DNA of 64,000 bases from Polaribacter sp. Its GTDB lineage: Bacteria; Bacteroidota; Bacteroidia; Flavobacteriales; Flavobacteriaceae. Every line of letters starts with the position of its first letter. Position 1 is the stretch's first letter. The DNA lies in assembly GCA_049889235.1 (NCBI GenBank), contig JBMHDU010000007.1, forward strand, positions 82,024 through 146,023, in the 5' to 3' direction. Under the pieces are notes generated by a model that saw only the letters and a program-made list of their open reading frames with translations, ran no database searches and was not told the DNA's origin. The position numbers were made by a program, and so were the translations under genes. This document shows, piece after piece, positions 38,196 to 49,371 of the stretch.

Positions 38196-39027
38196 ATGAA
38201 GAGAATTTTAGTACCTATTGATTTTTCAAAAACATCGGAGTTTGCAACCAAGATGGCAGCTCGAATTGCAAAAAAATCTGGGGCTGACATTTATTTGCTG
38301 CACATGATTGAATTACCTACGGGAATTGTCGGCATGGGAGCAGGGGCTAATTTCAGTATTCCTGAAAGCATGCTGTAATTGAGAAAAATCAAAGAACGAA
38401 TGATAGAATACAAAGATAAATTCTTTGATTCAAAAACTACTGTGCATCATTCCATTCTATTTCTTCATCCTTATGAAGGAATTGAAAAGTACACTAAAAA
38501 AAATAGACCCAGACATCATAATAATGGGATCAAGAGGACTTTCTGAGTTTGATGAAATCATTATTGGCTCGAACACAGAAAAGGTGGTTCGCACATCTGA
38601 GACACCTGTTTTGGTGGTTAAAAAGGATGAGAACAAATTTAGAATCAAGAACATTGTTTTTGCTTCTGATTTTGCGAGTGAAGAAGAGAAAGAAGTCCTA
38701 CGTAAAGTAAAGGTTTTTGCAGAAAATTTCGGAAGTAAAATCCACCTATTGAAAGTGAATACACCTTCAAACTTTGAAAGTACCTACGAAGCAAGAACTG
38801 GCATTCAAGACTATATCAAGGACATCAATCTTGACAAATATACGGTAAACATCTATAGCGATGTCTCTATCGAAAAAGGAATACTACACTTCGCTCAAGA
38901 ATTGGATGCAGATTTAATTTCACTCTGCACCCATGGTCGTAGTGGTATTTCACATCTTTTTACGAGCAGTGTGACAAAAAACCTCTCTAAAAATGCCCTA
39001 AAACCAATGTTAACAATTAGGGTATAG
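38196..39027 (+). pseudogene. Tandem universal stress protein (UspA family) disrupted by a nonsense codon and a homopolymer frameshift
   Basis: ORF 38196-38378 is the N-terminal half of USP domain 1 and ends at TAA 38376. The same frame stays open and USP-like up to an A8 run (38496-38503). The sequence then continues in the +1 frame as KKIDPDIIIMGSRGLS... through a complete second USP domain. Confidence 0.75.
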
Positions 39028-39041
39028 CTTTCGGTTTACAT

Positions 39042-40619
39042 TTATAGTATGTAATCTGTGCTAATAAAATTAGATTCTTTTTTATTGAGCAAATCACTCA
39101 AAATTTGATTATTATACTTGGTGTCTTTTGAGGCCACAAATGTTCGAATCGAAAAAGAACGCAATGCATCCTTTACACTTAATGTAGCCACCGCAGAATC
39201 TTTCCTTCCTGTAAATGGATACACGTCAGGTCCTCGTTGACAGGAGCTATTCAAATTTACTCGACAAACTAAATTAACTAAGGCATCTATCAACGGTGAT
39301 AAGATTTCGATATCTGTGCCAAAAACACTAACCTGCTGCCCGTAGTTGCTTTCTGCCATATCATTAAGTGGGTGCTGAATATCTTTAAAAGACACAATAG
39401 GTATCACAGGACCGAATTGTTCTTCATGAAATACTCGCATGTCTTTATTTACAGGGTATAAAACTGCAGGAAAAATAAAATTGGCTGTGCGTTCACCGCC
39501 TTTTTCATTTATAACTTCTGCCCCATGAGCCTTGGCATCATCAATCAACTCTTGGATATAATCTGGTTTACCCGGCTCTGGCAAGGGAGTTAATTGAACT
39601 CCTTCTTCCCATGGGTTACCAAATTTTAAGGCATCGACAGCCAAAGAAAACTTTTCTTTAAAAACATCTATAATAGACTCATGTACATAAAGAATTTTAA
39701 GTGCTGTACAGCGCTGGCCATTGTAGGAGGTGGTTCCATTGATACATTCGGCAATTGTCAAATCCAAATCAGCATCTGGCAATATGATGGCCGGATTTTT
39801 TGCCTCTAGACCAAATACCATGCGCAATCTATTTTTTTTAGGATGACTCGCCTGAATTGCATTAGCAGAATTACTGTGTCCAATTAAAGCCAATACATCT
39901 ACTCTGCCAGTAGCAATAATCGGTGTAGCTAAGGTTCTACCTCTTCCAAATAAAATATTTACAACTCCTTTAGGAAAACTATTTTGAAAAGCCTCCAACA
40001 AAGGGGTTATTAATAAAACTCCATGTTTAGCAGGCTTAAAAATTGCAGTATTCCCCATAATTAAAGCAGGAATAAGCAAACAAAATGTCTCGTTTAATGG
40101 ATAATTATAAGGGCCTAAGCAAAGAACGATACCAAGCGGTCCTCTTCTAATATGCGCATAAACCCCTCCGTGCTTATGAAACTTTGCTGCATTCCGATCC
40201 ATCTCCTTGTACGCCTCAATAGTATCGTAAATGTAATCAACTGTTCTATCAAATTCTTTGGCAGAATCTTTAAATGATTTACCGATTTCCCACATCAGTA
40301 ATTTAACAACCTCCTCGCGTTTGGTCTTCATTTGTTCTACAAACTTTTCGACACAGGCAATACGGTCTTCTACTTTCATTGTCGGCCACAATCCTTGACC
40401 CCTATTGTAGGCGTCTCCTGCCGCATCAAGCGCTTCTAAGGCTTCTTTTTCGGTCAAATTAGGAATGCTCCCCAAACATGTAGGTTTATAGGATTCTGTG
40501 GATGAAATGGTAGAGTAAACATCAGAAGTTTTTCCTTCCCATGTTTTTAATTCGCCATTTACTAAATAGGTTGATTGATGAGTCTGTTTTTCAATTCTAA
40601 ATTGATTTGGAATACTCAT
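39042..40619 (-). CDS. NAD(P)-dependent aldehyde dehydrogenase, GapN-like (non-phosphorylating GAPDH-like)
   Basis: 525 aa. ALDH catalytic Cys context ([10 protein letters not shown]) and Glu motif (FGLEAKNP). The N-terminal region resembles GapN-type enzymes. Confidence 0.75.
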   Translation of the reverse strand: MSIPNQFRIEKQTHQSTYLVNGELKTWEGKTSDVYSTISSTESYKPTCLGSIPNLTEKEALEALDAAGDAYNRGQGLWPTMKVEDRIACVEKFVEQMKTKREEVVKLLMWEIGKSFKDSAKEFDRTVDYIYDTIEAYKEMDRNAAKFHKHGGVYAHIRRGPLGIVLCLGPYNYPLNETFCLLIPALIMGNTAIFKPAKHGVLLITPLLEAFQNSFPKGVVNILFGRGRTLATPIIATGRVDVLALIGHSNSANAIQASHPKKNRLRMVFGLEAKNPAIILPDADLDLTIAECINGTTSYNGQRCTALKILYVHESIIDVFKEKFSLAVDALKFGNPWEEGVQLTPLPEPGKPDYIQELIDDAKAHGAEVINEKGGERTANFIFPAVLYPVNKDMRVFHEEQFGPVIPIVSFKDIQHPLNDMAESNYGQQVSVFGTDIEILSPLIDALVNLVCRVNLNSSCQRGPDVYPFTGRKDSAVATLSVKDALRSFSIRTFVASKDTKYNNQILSDLLNKKESNFISTDYIL

Positions 40620-40649
40620 AACTTAAAGATTTATTATTAATTAGCTAAG

Positions 40650-41915
40650 TTAAACCAAAAACTGGAATAAGTCTGGCTTGTTATTTAAATAGTCACCAAA
40701 GAATTTTTTTTCTTTCATTCGTTCGATTAAAGGTTCTAAATCATCGGATGATTTTAATTCTAATCCGACAACTGCAGCCCCATTTTCACGATTGGTCTTT
40801 TTGGTGTATTCGAAATGGGTAATATCATCCCCAGGACCTAAGATTTCGGCCACAAATTCTTTCAAAGCTCCTGCCCGTTGCGGGAATCGAATAATGAAAT
40901 AATGTTTCAAATTCGCATATAGCAATGCACGCTCTTTAATTTCTGCAGTTCGGGTAATATCATTATTACTACCACTCACGATACAAACCACATTTTTGCC
41001 TTTAATTTCGTCTTTATAAGCATCTAAGGCAGCGATGCTTAAAGCACCTGCGGGTTCCACAACAATAGCATCTTTGTTATACAAATCAAGAATAGTCTGA
41101 CAGATTTTACCTTCATCAACAGTAATCATGTCGTGAAGATTATTTTTACAAATTGAAAAGTTCAATTCGCCTACTCGTTTTACTGCTGCTCCATCAACAA
41201 AATTTTCAATCTTGGGTAAGGTTACCACCTTATTCGACTGCATGGCTTGTTGCATCGAAGGAGCTCCTTTAGGCTCGACTCCTATTATTTTAGTTTCTGG
41301 AGACAATTCCTTAAAAACTGAACTTAATCCGGAAGACAATCCACCTCCTCCAACCGGCACAAACAAGTAATCGATTTTATCCTTTGATTGCTCGGTTATT
41401 TCCAATCCGACGGTAGCCTGACCTTCAATTACTTTCGGATCATTAAAAGGATGAATAAAGGTTTTATTTTGAGAAATGGTTTCTTCGATAGCGGCGTGAT
41501 AGGCATCATCAAAAGTATCGCCTTCCAAAACGATTTCTACATAACCTTTACCGAACATTTTTACCTGCTCTACCTTTTGCATCGGTGTTGGAGCAGGCAT
41601 AAAAATTGTTCCGTGTATTTTTAATCGATTACAAGACAAAGCCACACCTTGGGCATGATTTCCCGCACTTGCACATACAATTCCGTTTCGTTTTTCCTCT
41701 TCATTAAGAGAGGAAATTTTATTGTAAGCTCCTCTAATTTTATACGATCGAACTACTTGTAAGTCTTCTCGTTTAAAGAGAATATTTGCATCGAAATTTT
41801 TAGAGGCGCGCGCGTTTGCCATTAAAGGTGTTTTCGTCGCTACGTCTTTCAACTTTTCGGCAGTAGCTCTTACCGCATCAATTGTCGGATAATAATATGT
41901 GGTCTTTGTCTCCAA
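40650..41915 (-). CDS. ilvA: Threonine ammonia-lyase (biosynthetic threonine dehydratase)
   Basis: 421 aa. PLP Lys motif (SYKIRGAYN), GGGGL loop, and one C-terminal ACT-like regulatory domain. Confidence 0.9.
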   Translation of the reverse strand: METKTTYYYPTIDAVRATAEKLKDVATKTPLMANARASKNFDANILFKREDLQVVRSYKIRGAYNKISSLNEEEKRNGIVCASAGNHAQGVALSCNRLKIHGTIFMPAPTPMQKVEQVKMFGKGYVEIVLEGDTFDDAYHAAIEETISQNKTFIHPFNDPKVIEGQATVGLEITEQSKDKIDYLFVPVGGGGLSSGLSSVFKELSPETKIIGVEPKGAPSMQQAMQSNKVVTLPKIENFVDGAAVKRVGELNFSICKNNLHDMITVDEGKICQTILDLYNKDAIVVEPAGALSIAALDAYKDEIKGKNVVCIVSGSNNDITRTAEIKERALLYANLKHYFIIRFPQRAGALKEFVAEILGPGDDITHFEYTKKTNRENGAAVVGLELKSSDDLEPLIERMKEKKFFGDYLNNKPDLFQFLV

Positions 41916-41925
41916 TATGTTATTC

Positions 41926-43431
41926 TTATGCTGAGACTAAATTGGATTCTTCTACTGGTTCAGTTTTTATCGATTTCATGGCCGTCATTGAAGCTCTTAA
42001 TTTCGCCCCTACAACTTCAACCGGATGATTTCTTATCACCTGATTTACATGAATCAATTGCTGATTATCAACGCCATTGTCACTTGCGTATGATTTACCA
42101 ATCACATCCGTAGAAACCTTAGTCATAAAATCGGCTAATAATGGTTTACATGCATGATCGAATAAATAACACCCATACTCAGCAGTATCAGAAATCACAC
42201 GATTCATTTCATATAATTTTTTACGAGCAATAGTATTCGCAATTAATGGAGTTTCATGTAATGATTCATAATACGCAGACGCATCAATAATTCCGGATTC
42301 CGTCATGGACTCAAATGCCAATTCTACTCCGGATCTTACAAATGCTACTAACAACGTTCCATAATCGAAATATTCTTGTTCAGAAATTGATTCTGAAGTA
42401 ATTTCTTGCTTTTCAAAGGCCGTTTCACCCGTCGCTTTTCTCCAGGTCAATAAATTGATATCGTCATTCGCCCAATCTTCCATCATTGTTTTTGAAAAGT
42501 GACCGGTCATGATATCGTCCATATGTTTTTGGAACAATGGTCTCATGATCTCTTTCAACTCTTCACTCAATTCAAAGGCTTTAATTTTTGCAGGGTTGGA
42601 TAAGCGATCCATCATATTGGTAATACCACCATGCTTTAAAGCTTCGGTAATGGTTTCCCATCCGAATTGAATCAATTTAGCGGCATAACCTGGGGCAATT
42701 CCTTCTTCAACCATCTTGTCAAAAGATAAAATTGCTCCTGTTTGCAACAATCCACATAAAATGGTTTGTTCTCCCATTAAGTCGGATTTTACCTCTGCCA
42801 CAAATGACGATTCTAACACTCCAGCTTTATGCCCACCTGTTGCAACCGCATAAGCTTTTGCTTGTGCCCATCCTTTTCCTTCCGGATCATTTTCTGGGTG
42901 TACGGCGATTAAAGTCGGAACACCAAATCCGCGTAGAAATTCCTCCCGAACTTCAGATCCTGGTGATTTTGGAGCCACCATTATTACTGTCAAGTCTTTA
43001 CGAACCTGCATGCCTTCCTCAACAATATTGAAACCATGAGAATAACTCAATGTAGCTCCTTCTTTCATTAATGGCATTACCGTAGATACAACATTCGTGT
43101 GTTGTTTGTCTGGTGTTAAGTTGATTACTAAATCAGCAATCGGAATTAAATCATTATAGGTGCCTACTTCAAAATTATTTGAGGTGGCATTTACGTAAGA
43201 GGCTCTTTTTTCATCAATTGCACCTTGGCGTAATGCATAAGAAACATCCAATCCAGAATCTCTCATATTTAACCCTTGATTTAATCCTTGTGCCCCACAG
43301 CCAACGATTACAATTTTCTTTCCTTTTAACGCAGATACACCATCTTCAAATTCTGAAGACTCCATAAATCTACATTTTCCTAATTGCTCTAACTTTTCTC
43401 TTAATGATAGTGTATTAAAATAATTTGCCAT
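41926..43431 (-). CDS. ilvC: Ketol-acid reductoisomerase, long (class II) form
   Basis: 501 aa. N-terminal [31 protein letters not shown] motif, and a duplicated knotted domain. Confidence 0.95.
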   Translation of the reverse strand: MANYFNTLSLREKLEQLGKCRFMESSEFEDGVSALKGKKIVIVGCGAQGLNQGLNMRDSGLDVSYALRQGAIDEKRASYVNATSNNFEVGTYNDLIPIADLVINLTPDKQHTNVVSTVMPLMKEGATLSYSHGFNIVEEGMQVRKDLTVIMVAPKSPGSEVREEFLRGFGVPTLIAVHPENDPEGKGWAQAKAYAVATGGHKAGVLESSFVAEVKSDLMGEQTILCGLLQTGAILSFDKMVEEGIAPGYAAKLIQFGWETITEALKHGGITNMMDRLSNPAKIKAFELSEELKEIMRPLFQKHMDDIMTGHFSKTMMEDWANDDINLLTWRKATGETAFEKQEITSESISEQEYFDYGTLLVAFVRSGVELAFESMTESGIIDASAYYESLHETPLIANTIARKKLYEMNRVISDTAEYGCYLFDHACKPLLADFMTKVSTDVIGKSYASDNGVDNQQLIHVNQVIRNHPVEVVGAKLRASMTAMKSIKTEPVEESNLVSA

Positions 43432-43436
43432 TTTTT

Positions 43437-43967
43437 CTAATTTGTAAATGCGGCTAGCATAGTTGATATTTTCATTTCGTCTTTGGTCACGGAGATTCTT
43501 CCCGAACGAGTAAATTGCATGATTCCAAAAACACTTAATTCTCTATATAATAATTCGACCTCTTCTTTTTTACCTGTTTTTTCAAGGACGAAAAACTCTT
43601 TGTTTACGGTCACGATTCGAGCACCACTTTCCTTAATTATATTCTGAATTTGACGCTCTTCAAATAGTAAATCTGACTTGATTTTAAACAAGCCCGACAC
43701 TTGATAAATGGTATCTTCATCTTTATGATAAAATGCCTTAATCACCTCGACTTGTTTTTCAATCTGACCGATAATTTTCTTCATATTCACTTCAGAAACA
43801 TAGACTACAATTGTGAATCTAGATACTCCTTTAATCTCTGACGGAGAAGTATTTAAACTCTCAATATTGATATGTCTCCGCTGAAATATTGCTGATATTC
43901 TGTTCAGCAAACCGATATTATTTTCGGTATAAACGGATACCGTAAAAAGTTCTTTTTCTGTACTCAT
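43437..43967 (-). CDS. ilvN: Acetolactate synthase small (regulatory) subunit
   Basis: 176 aa with an ACT domain ([24 protein letters not shown]). Its start overlaps the ilvB stop (TAATG). Confidence 0.9.
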   Translation of the reverse strand: MSTEKELFTVSVYTENNIGLLNRISAIFQRRHINIESLNTSPSEIKGVSRFTIVVYVSEVNMKKIIGQIEKQVEVIKAFYHKDEDTIYQVSGLFKIKSDLLFEERQIQNIIKESGARIVTVNKEFFVLEKTGKKEEVELLYRELSVFGIMQFTRSGRISVTKDEMKISTMLAAFTN

Positions 43968-45700
43968 TAGTCTAATCGTATTTCTGATACACTTGCTCCA
44001 GACGGAATCATCGGGAACACATTGTCTTCTTTTTCTACTCTTACTTCTAAGAAATAAGGCTCTTTCGATGCAATCATTTCCTCAACAGCCTCTGCTAAAT
44101 CTTCTCTCTTTTCAACCCGTCTTGCATTGAGGTAATATCCCTTTGCAATGGCTACAAAATCAGGATTAATCATTTCTGTGGATGCGTAGCGTTTGTCAAA
44201 AAACAACTGTTGCCATTGACGTACCATTCCTAAGAAATCATTATTTAAAACCACGATTTTGACAGCTAGTTTTTGCTGAAAAATAGTTCCCAATTCCTGA
44301 ATGGTCATTTGGTATCCACCATCCCCACAAATTGCAACTACCTCTCTTTCTGGCGCTCCCATTTTTGCACCAATTGCTGCCGGTAAACAGAAGCCCATAG
44401 TTCCTAATCCGCCAGAGGTAATATTACTTTTAGATTCTTTGAAATCGGCATATCGACAAGCCACCATTTGGTGCTGACCTACATCAGTAACAACCACTGC
44501 TTTACCATCTGTATTGGCGTTAATCTCTTTCAATACCTCGCCCATAGTCAACCCGTCTTTGGTCGGGTTTAAATCTTTACTGATGATTTTATCATACTCA
44601 ATTGTATACAAATCTTTGAACTGCTGATGCCATTCTAAATGTGAATTTTCATTGATTAATGGTAGAATTTTCTGAAGATTTTCTTTGGCATCTCCTAACA
44701 CCGCAACATCGGTTTTTACATTTTTATCTACCTCTGCAGGATCGATTTCAAAATGAATCACTTTTGCCTGCTTGGCATAATCATTCAATCGCCCTGTCAC
44801 ACGGTCGTCAAAACGCATTCCGATAGCGATTAATACATCGCATTCATTGGTTAGGATATTGGGTGCATAATTACCATGCATACCCACCATTCCAACGTTT
44901 AAAGGATGAGAAGTTGAGATGGCAGAAGCTCCTAGGATGGTCCATGCAGATGGAATTCCCGCTTTTTCAATAAAGGCTTGAAATTCTTTTTCGGCTTCTC
45001 CTAAAATCACGCCCTGACCCCAAACCACAAATGGTTTTTTCGCACTATTGATTAATTCCGCCGCAGCTTGTAACGACTGATCATCACATTTAGGCACTGG
45101 ATTATAACTTCGGATTATTTCACACTTGGTATAGCTAAAATCAAACTCTTCAAATTGCGCATCTTTAGTAATATCAATCAAAACCGGACCTGGTCTTCCG
45201 CTCTTTGCTATGTAAAATGCTTTTGCAATCACCTCCGGAATATCTTCGGCTTTTGTCACCTGACAGTTCCATTTAGTAACCGGAGTTGAAATACCAACAA
45301 TATCAGTCTCCTGGAAGGCATCCGATCCTAATAAATGAGATGGCACCTGTCCTGTGATACACACCATCGGCGTTGAATCAATCTGTGCATCTGCAATTCC
45401 AGTAATTAAATTCGTGGCTCCCGGTCCAGAAGTTGCCATGGCTACTCCGACTTCACCAGAAACGCGAGCATATCCCTGAGCAGCATGAGTTGCACCCTGT
45501 TCATGTCTCGTTAACACGTGATGAATCTGATCTTGAAACTTAAATAATTCATCGTAAACTGGCATGATGGCACCTCCGGGGTAGCCATAAATGGTTTTAA
45601 CGCCCTCTTCGATCAGACAACGAACCACAGCCTCGCTTCCTGAGATCCTGATGGTTTCTTTTTTTGCATCTGATGGTGATGTTATAGTTTGAGTTTGCAT
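43967..45700 (-). CDS. ilvB: Acetolactate synthase large subunit
   Basis: 577 aa ThDP enzyme with the GDGGYQM motif and conserved N-terminal GYPGGAIMPVYD. Confidence 0.95.
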   Translation of the reverse strand: MQTQTITSPSDAKKETIRISGSEAVVRCLIEEGVKTIYGYPGGAIMPVYDELFKFQDQIHHVLTRHEQGATHAAQGYARVSGEVGVAMATSGPGATNLITGIADAQIDSTPMVCITGQVPSHLLGSDAFQETDIVGISTPVTKWNCQVTKAEDIPEVIAKAFYIAKSGRPGPVLIDITKDAQFEEFDFSYTKCEIIRSYNPVPKCDDQSLQAAAELINSAKKPFVVWGQGVILGEAEKEFQAFIEKAGIPSAWTILGASAISTSHPLNVGMVGMHGNYAPNILTNECDVLIAIGMRFDDRVTGRLNDYAKQAKVIHFEIDPAEVDKNVKTDVAVLGDAKENLQKILPLINENSHLEWHQQFKDLYTIEYDKIISKDLNPTKDGLTMGEVLKEINANTDGKAVVVTDVGQHQMVACRYADFKESKSNITSGGLGTMGFCLPAAIGAKMGAPEREVVAICGDGGYQMTIQELGTIFQQKLAVKIVVLNNDFLGMVRQWQQLFFDKRYASTEMINPDFVAIAKGYYLNARRVEKREDLAEAVEEMIASKEPYFLEVRVEKEDNVFPMIPSGASVSEIRLD

Positions 45701-45710
45701 ATAAGTATAA

Positions 45711-47390
45711 TTAAGCGTCTGTTACACATCCTTTCGAGGCAGATGCAACAATCTTTGCGTATTTATGTAATATTCCTTTTTTATGTTTCGGTTCTGGAGC
45801 CTTCCAGTTTGATCGACGTTCTGTTAATTCTTCATTAGAAAGCAGTACATCAATTGTGTTATTTTCAGCATTAATTCTGATGGTATCGCCCGTTTGAATC
45901 AAGGCAATATTTCCACCAGTTTGTGCCTCAGGAGTGATGTGTCCAACTACAAATCCGTGGGTACCGCCAGAGAAACGTCCATCAGTAATTAAGGCTACCG
46001 ATTTTCCTAATCCCGCACCCATAATCATAGAAGTAGGCTTTAGCATTTCTGGCATTCCAGGTCCACCTTTCGGGCCCACGTATCGAATAACAACTACATC
46101 CCCTTTGGAAACATCACCTTTAGAAATTCCGTCATTCGCTTCCTTTTCTGAGTTATATACAACAGCCTTTCCTTCAAAGAAAGCACCTTCTTTACCCGAG
46201 ATTTTTGCAACAGCCCCTTCGGATGCTAAATTCCCATACAAAATTTGAATGTTTCCAGTCGACTTTAAAGCATCTTTGGTCGGATAGATTACATCCTGAT
46301 CTTTTTCAAATTCTAAGGCAACTACATCCGCTAAATTCTCTGCAAGGGTTTTACCCGTAACGGTTAAACAATCGCCATGTAAGAATCCTTCGTCTAACAA
46401 ATATTTCATCACAGCCGGTGTTCCTCCGATACTATGGATGTCTTCCATTAAATATTTACCCGATGGTTTTAAATCAGCTATCAATGGCGTTCTATCCGAA
46501 ACACGCTGAAAGTCTTCTAGTGTAAAATCAATATCGGCTGCATAAGCAATTGCCAAAAAGTGCAGTACAGCATTCGTAGAACCACCTAAGGCATTCACCA
46601 TCGTAATGGCATTTTCAATTGATTTCTTAGAAATAATGTCTAAGGGTTTTAAATCTTTTTCAAGCAATCCTCTTAAAGCCAAGGCCGTTCGTTCAGCCTC
46701 TGATTTCTTATTCGGGTTTTCTGCTGGAATTGATGAATTGTAAGGCATTGCAAATCCCATCGCTTCAATTGCAGAAGCCATTGTGTTAGCGGTATACATT
46801 CCGCCACAGGCACCAGCACCCGGAATCGCATTTTTGATGATTTCACGGTATTCCTGTTCATCAATTTCACCAGCCACTTTCTGACCTAAAGCTTCGAAAG
46901 CAGAAACAATATTTAGTTTTCTTCCTTTGTAATTTCCAGAAGCAATAGTTCCGCCGTACATCATAATTGACGGGCGATTCAAGCGAAGCATTGCAATGAC
47001 TGCACCTGGCATATTTTTATCACAGCCGACCACAGCAATCAATCCGTCATAACTCTGAGCATTCATTACAGTTTCGATTGAATCAGCAATAATATCTCTT
47101 GAAACCAGGGAGTAATTCATACCAGAAGTTCCCATGGAGATACCATCAGAAACTCCAATCGTGTTGAATCCAAGTCCAACCATATCTGCAATTTTGCATT
47201 CCACTTTCACCTCGGCGGCCAATTGGTTCAAATGCATATTACATGGGTTTCCGTCATACCCTGTACTAGCAATTCCGACCTGAGGTTTTTTCATGTCCTC
47301 ATCGGTTAATCCGACAGCATATAACATGGCCTGTGAAGCCGGTTGTGATTCGTCTTGTGTAAGTCTACTACTATGTTTATTCAATTTCAT
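45711..47390 (-). CDS. ilvD: Dihydroxy-acid dehydratase
   Basis: 559 aa with [17 protein letters not shown]-like ([12 protein letters not shown]) motifs. Confidence 0.95.
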   Translation of the reverse strand: MKLNKHSSRLTQDESQPASQAMLYAVGLTDEDMKKPQVGIASTGYDGNPCNMHLNQLAAEVKVECKIADMVGLGFNTIGVSDGISMGTSGMNYSLVSRDIIADSIETVMNAQSYDGLIAVVGCDKNMPGAVIAMLRLNRPSIMMYGGTIASGNYKGRKLNIVSAFEALGQKVAGEIDEQEYREIIKNAIPGAGACGGMYTANTMASAIEAMGFAMPYNSSIPAENPNKKSEAERTALALRGLLEKDLKPLDIISKKSIENAITMVNALGGSTNAVLHFLAIAYAADIDFTLEDFQRVSDRTPLIADLKPSGKYLMEDIHSIGGTPAVMKYLLDEGFLHGDCLTVTGKTLAENLADVVALEFEKDQDVIYPTKDALKSTGNIQILYGNLASEGAVAKISGKEGAFFEGKAVVYNSEKEANDGISKGDVSKGDVVVIRYVGPKGGPGMPEMLKPTSMIMGAGLGKSVALITDGRFSGGTHGFVVGHITPEAQTGGNIALIQTGDTIRINAENNTIDVLLSNEELTERRSNWKAPEPKHKKGILHKYAKIVASASKGCVTDA

Positions 47391-47544
47391 ATTCTTTCCT
47401 TCTGGACTAAAGTATTAGGTCTGTATTTTTAAAATTTTCTTTAGTTTTTAAAGTTGCTATATCTAATTGCTTTAATTTTAACTTATTTCCTTGTATTTCA
47501 GTTAGTTAAATGATTTTATTTATGATGTTCAATTTTTTAAAAAT

Positions 47545-47578
47545 CATAAAAAAACCTTCCGTAAAAGGAAGGTTTCCA
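47545..47578 (-). terminator. Intrinsic terminator between leuB and ilvD
   Basis: Minus strand AAACCTTCC-TTTTAC-GGAAGGTTT followed by TTTT, about 90 nt after the leuB stop. Confidence 0.75.
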
Positions 47579-47663
47579 AATAATTAAGTAATAATCTTCC
47601 TCTCATTTTCGATTGAAAATAATAATTGCCTTCGCTATGTTAATTGAAATTCGATTAATGAAA

Positions 47664-48785
47664 CTAGATAATGGTACTTTGTCCAAAGTGAATGTTCTTA
47701 AAATTGATATTGCTATCATCCTGATTTTCGATGTAATCTGCAATGAAATCTCCAACTTTCGAACAAGGAGCTGCATAACTATCTTTTCCTTTTAAATCGG
47801 CCGTTGTAATTCCTAAAGTAATTGACTTTTCAACCGCAGCTTCTACAGCAGTCGCTTCTTCATACAATCCTAGATGTTGTAATAACATGGCAACCGATAA
47901 AATCGAAGCTAACGGATTAGCAATGTCTTTTCCTTTCGCCTGTGGATAAGACCCGTGAATCGGCTCGAACAATGCATTTTTATCTCCGATAGATGACGAC
48001 GCTAACAATCCGATAGATCCACCAATTACACTTGCTTCGTCTGAAATAATATCTCCAAATAAGTTTTCGGTAAGGATTACGTCAAACTGTTTCGGATTCA
48101 AAATTAACTGCATGGCTGCGTTATCTACAAACAAGAACTCAAGAGTTACATCAGCATATTGTTTGCCAATTTCTGTTACTGTTTTTCTCCATAGTCTCGA
48201 CGTTTCCAGCACATTCGCCTTATCCACTAGGGTAAGTTTTTTCTTTCTAGTTTGTGCGGCTTTGAATGCCAAATGTGCTACTCGCGAAATTTCTTCAACG
48301 GTATAGGCACAACCGTCAAAAGCAGACTGACCATCTTCACTAAGTTCCTTAACTCCGAAGTAAATTCCACCCGTCAATTCTCTAAAAATTGAGATATCAG
48401 TTCCTTTAATGTTCTCTTTTTTTAATGGCGAATTGGCAATTAACTTGTCGTATGCTTTTACCGGACGAACATTACAGTACAGCCCTAATTCTTTACGTAA
48501 CTTTAATAATCCTTGCTCCGGACGAACCTTTGCGGTTGGATCATTATCGTATTTCGGATCACCAATTGCTCCAAATAGAATCGCATCCGATTGTTTACAA
48601 ACTTCGATGGTTTCATCGGGCAGTGGATTCCCAGTTTTATCGATGGCACAAGCACCCATTAAAACCTCTTTATACACAAACACATGATCGTAAACATCAC
48701 CAACTGCATTTAATGCTTTTTTTGCCTGGGCAATAACTTCTGGTCCTATTCCGTCTCCCGGAATAACAGCTATATTGTATTTCAT
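47664..48785 (-). CDS. leuB: 3-isopropylmalate dehydrogenase
   Basis: 373 aa with GDGIGPEV, NLFGDIISDEAS, and a slightly extended C-terminus. Confidence 0.95.
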   Translation of the reverse strand: MKYNIAVIPGDGIGPEVIAQAKKALNAVGDVYDHVFVYKEVLMGACAIDKTGNPLPDETIEVCKQSDAILFGAIGDPKYDNDPTAKVRPEQGLLKLRKELGLYCNVRPVKAYDKLIANSPLKKENIKGTDISIFRELTGGIYFGVKELSEDGQSAFDGCAYTVEEISRVAHLAFKAAQTRKKKLTLVDKANVLETSRLWRKTVTEIGKQYADVTLEFLFVDNAAMQLILNPKQFDVILTENLFGDIISDEASVIGGSIGLLASSSIGDKNALFEPIHGSYPQAKGKDIANPLASILSVAMLLQHLGLYEEATAVEAAVEKSITLGITTADLKGKDSYAAPCSKVGDFIADYIENQDDSNINFKNIHFGQSTII

Positions 48786-48788
48786 AAC

Positions 48789-49370
48789 TTAATTTGTTGA
48801 GGCTTCGAAAGCTCTGATTTTTTCTAATTTACTTACTAAAAAGTCGATATCGTCATACCCATTAATCAAACAGGTCTTTTTATACGGATTGATATCAAAG
48901 GTAATGTCTCCAACAGGCGTACTCAATAACTGATTTTCTAAATCAACCGTTACCTGAGCATTCGGATTTGATTGAATGTAATTCATCAATTCTTTTAAAA
49001 ATTCTTTTGACACTTGAATAGGTAACAATCCGTTATTCAATGCATTTCCTTTAAAAATATCAGCAAAGAAACTACTGATAACTACTTTAAATCCGTAGCC
49101 AACTATCGCCCACGCGGCGTGCTCTCTACTCGATCCACATCCGAAGTTATCTCCTGCAATCAACACACTTCCTGAAAATGTTGAATCGTTCAAAACAAAA
49201 TTTTCATTCACGCTTCCGTCTTTATGAAAACGCCAGTCTCTAAACACATTATCTCCAAATCCAGCCTTATCTGTCGCTTTTAAAAAACGGGCAGGAATGA
49301 TTTGATCGGTATCAATATTTTCAATCGGTAAGGGAATCGCTGTCGATTCTAATGTTGTAAACTTTTCCAT
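48789..49370 (-). CDS. leuD: 3-isopropylmalate dehydratase small subunit
   Basis: 193 aa with the [13 protein letters not shown] motif. Confidence 0.95.
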   Translation of the reverse strand: MEKFTTLESTAIPLPIENIDTDQIIPARFLKATDKAGFGDNVFRDWRFHKDGSVNENFVLNDSTFSGSVLIAGDNFGCGSSREHAAWAIVGYGFKVVISSFFADIFKGNALNNGLLPIQVSKEFLKELMNYIQSNPNAQVTVDLENQLLSTPVGDITFDINPYKKTCLINGYDDIDFLVSKLEKIRAFEASTN

Positions 49371-49371
49371 T

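Noticed and set aside
47391-47505. Searched the ilvD-proximal part of the leuB-ilvD spacer for a second terminator or antiterminator downstream of the Ile-rich mini-ORF.
   Set aside because: Only a 7-bp AT-rich stem (ACTAAAG/CTTTAGT) with a ~30-nt loop and no U-tract was found. Nothing supports a classical attenuator there.
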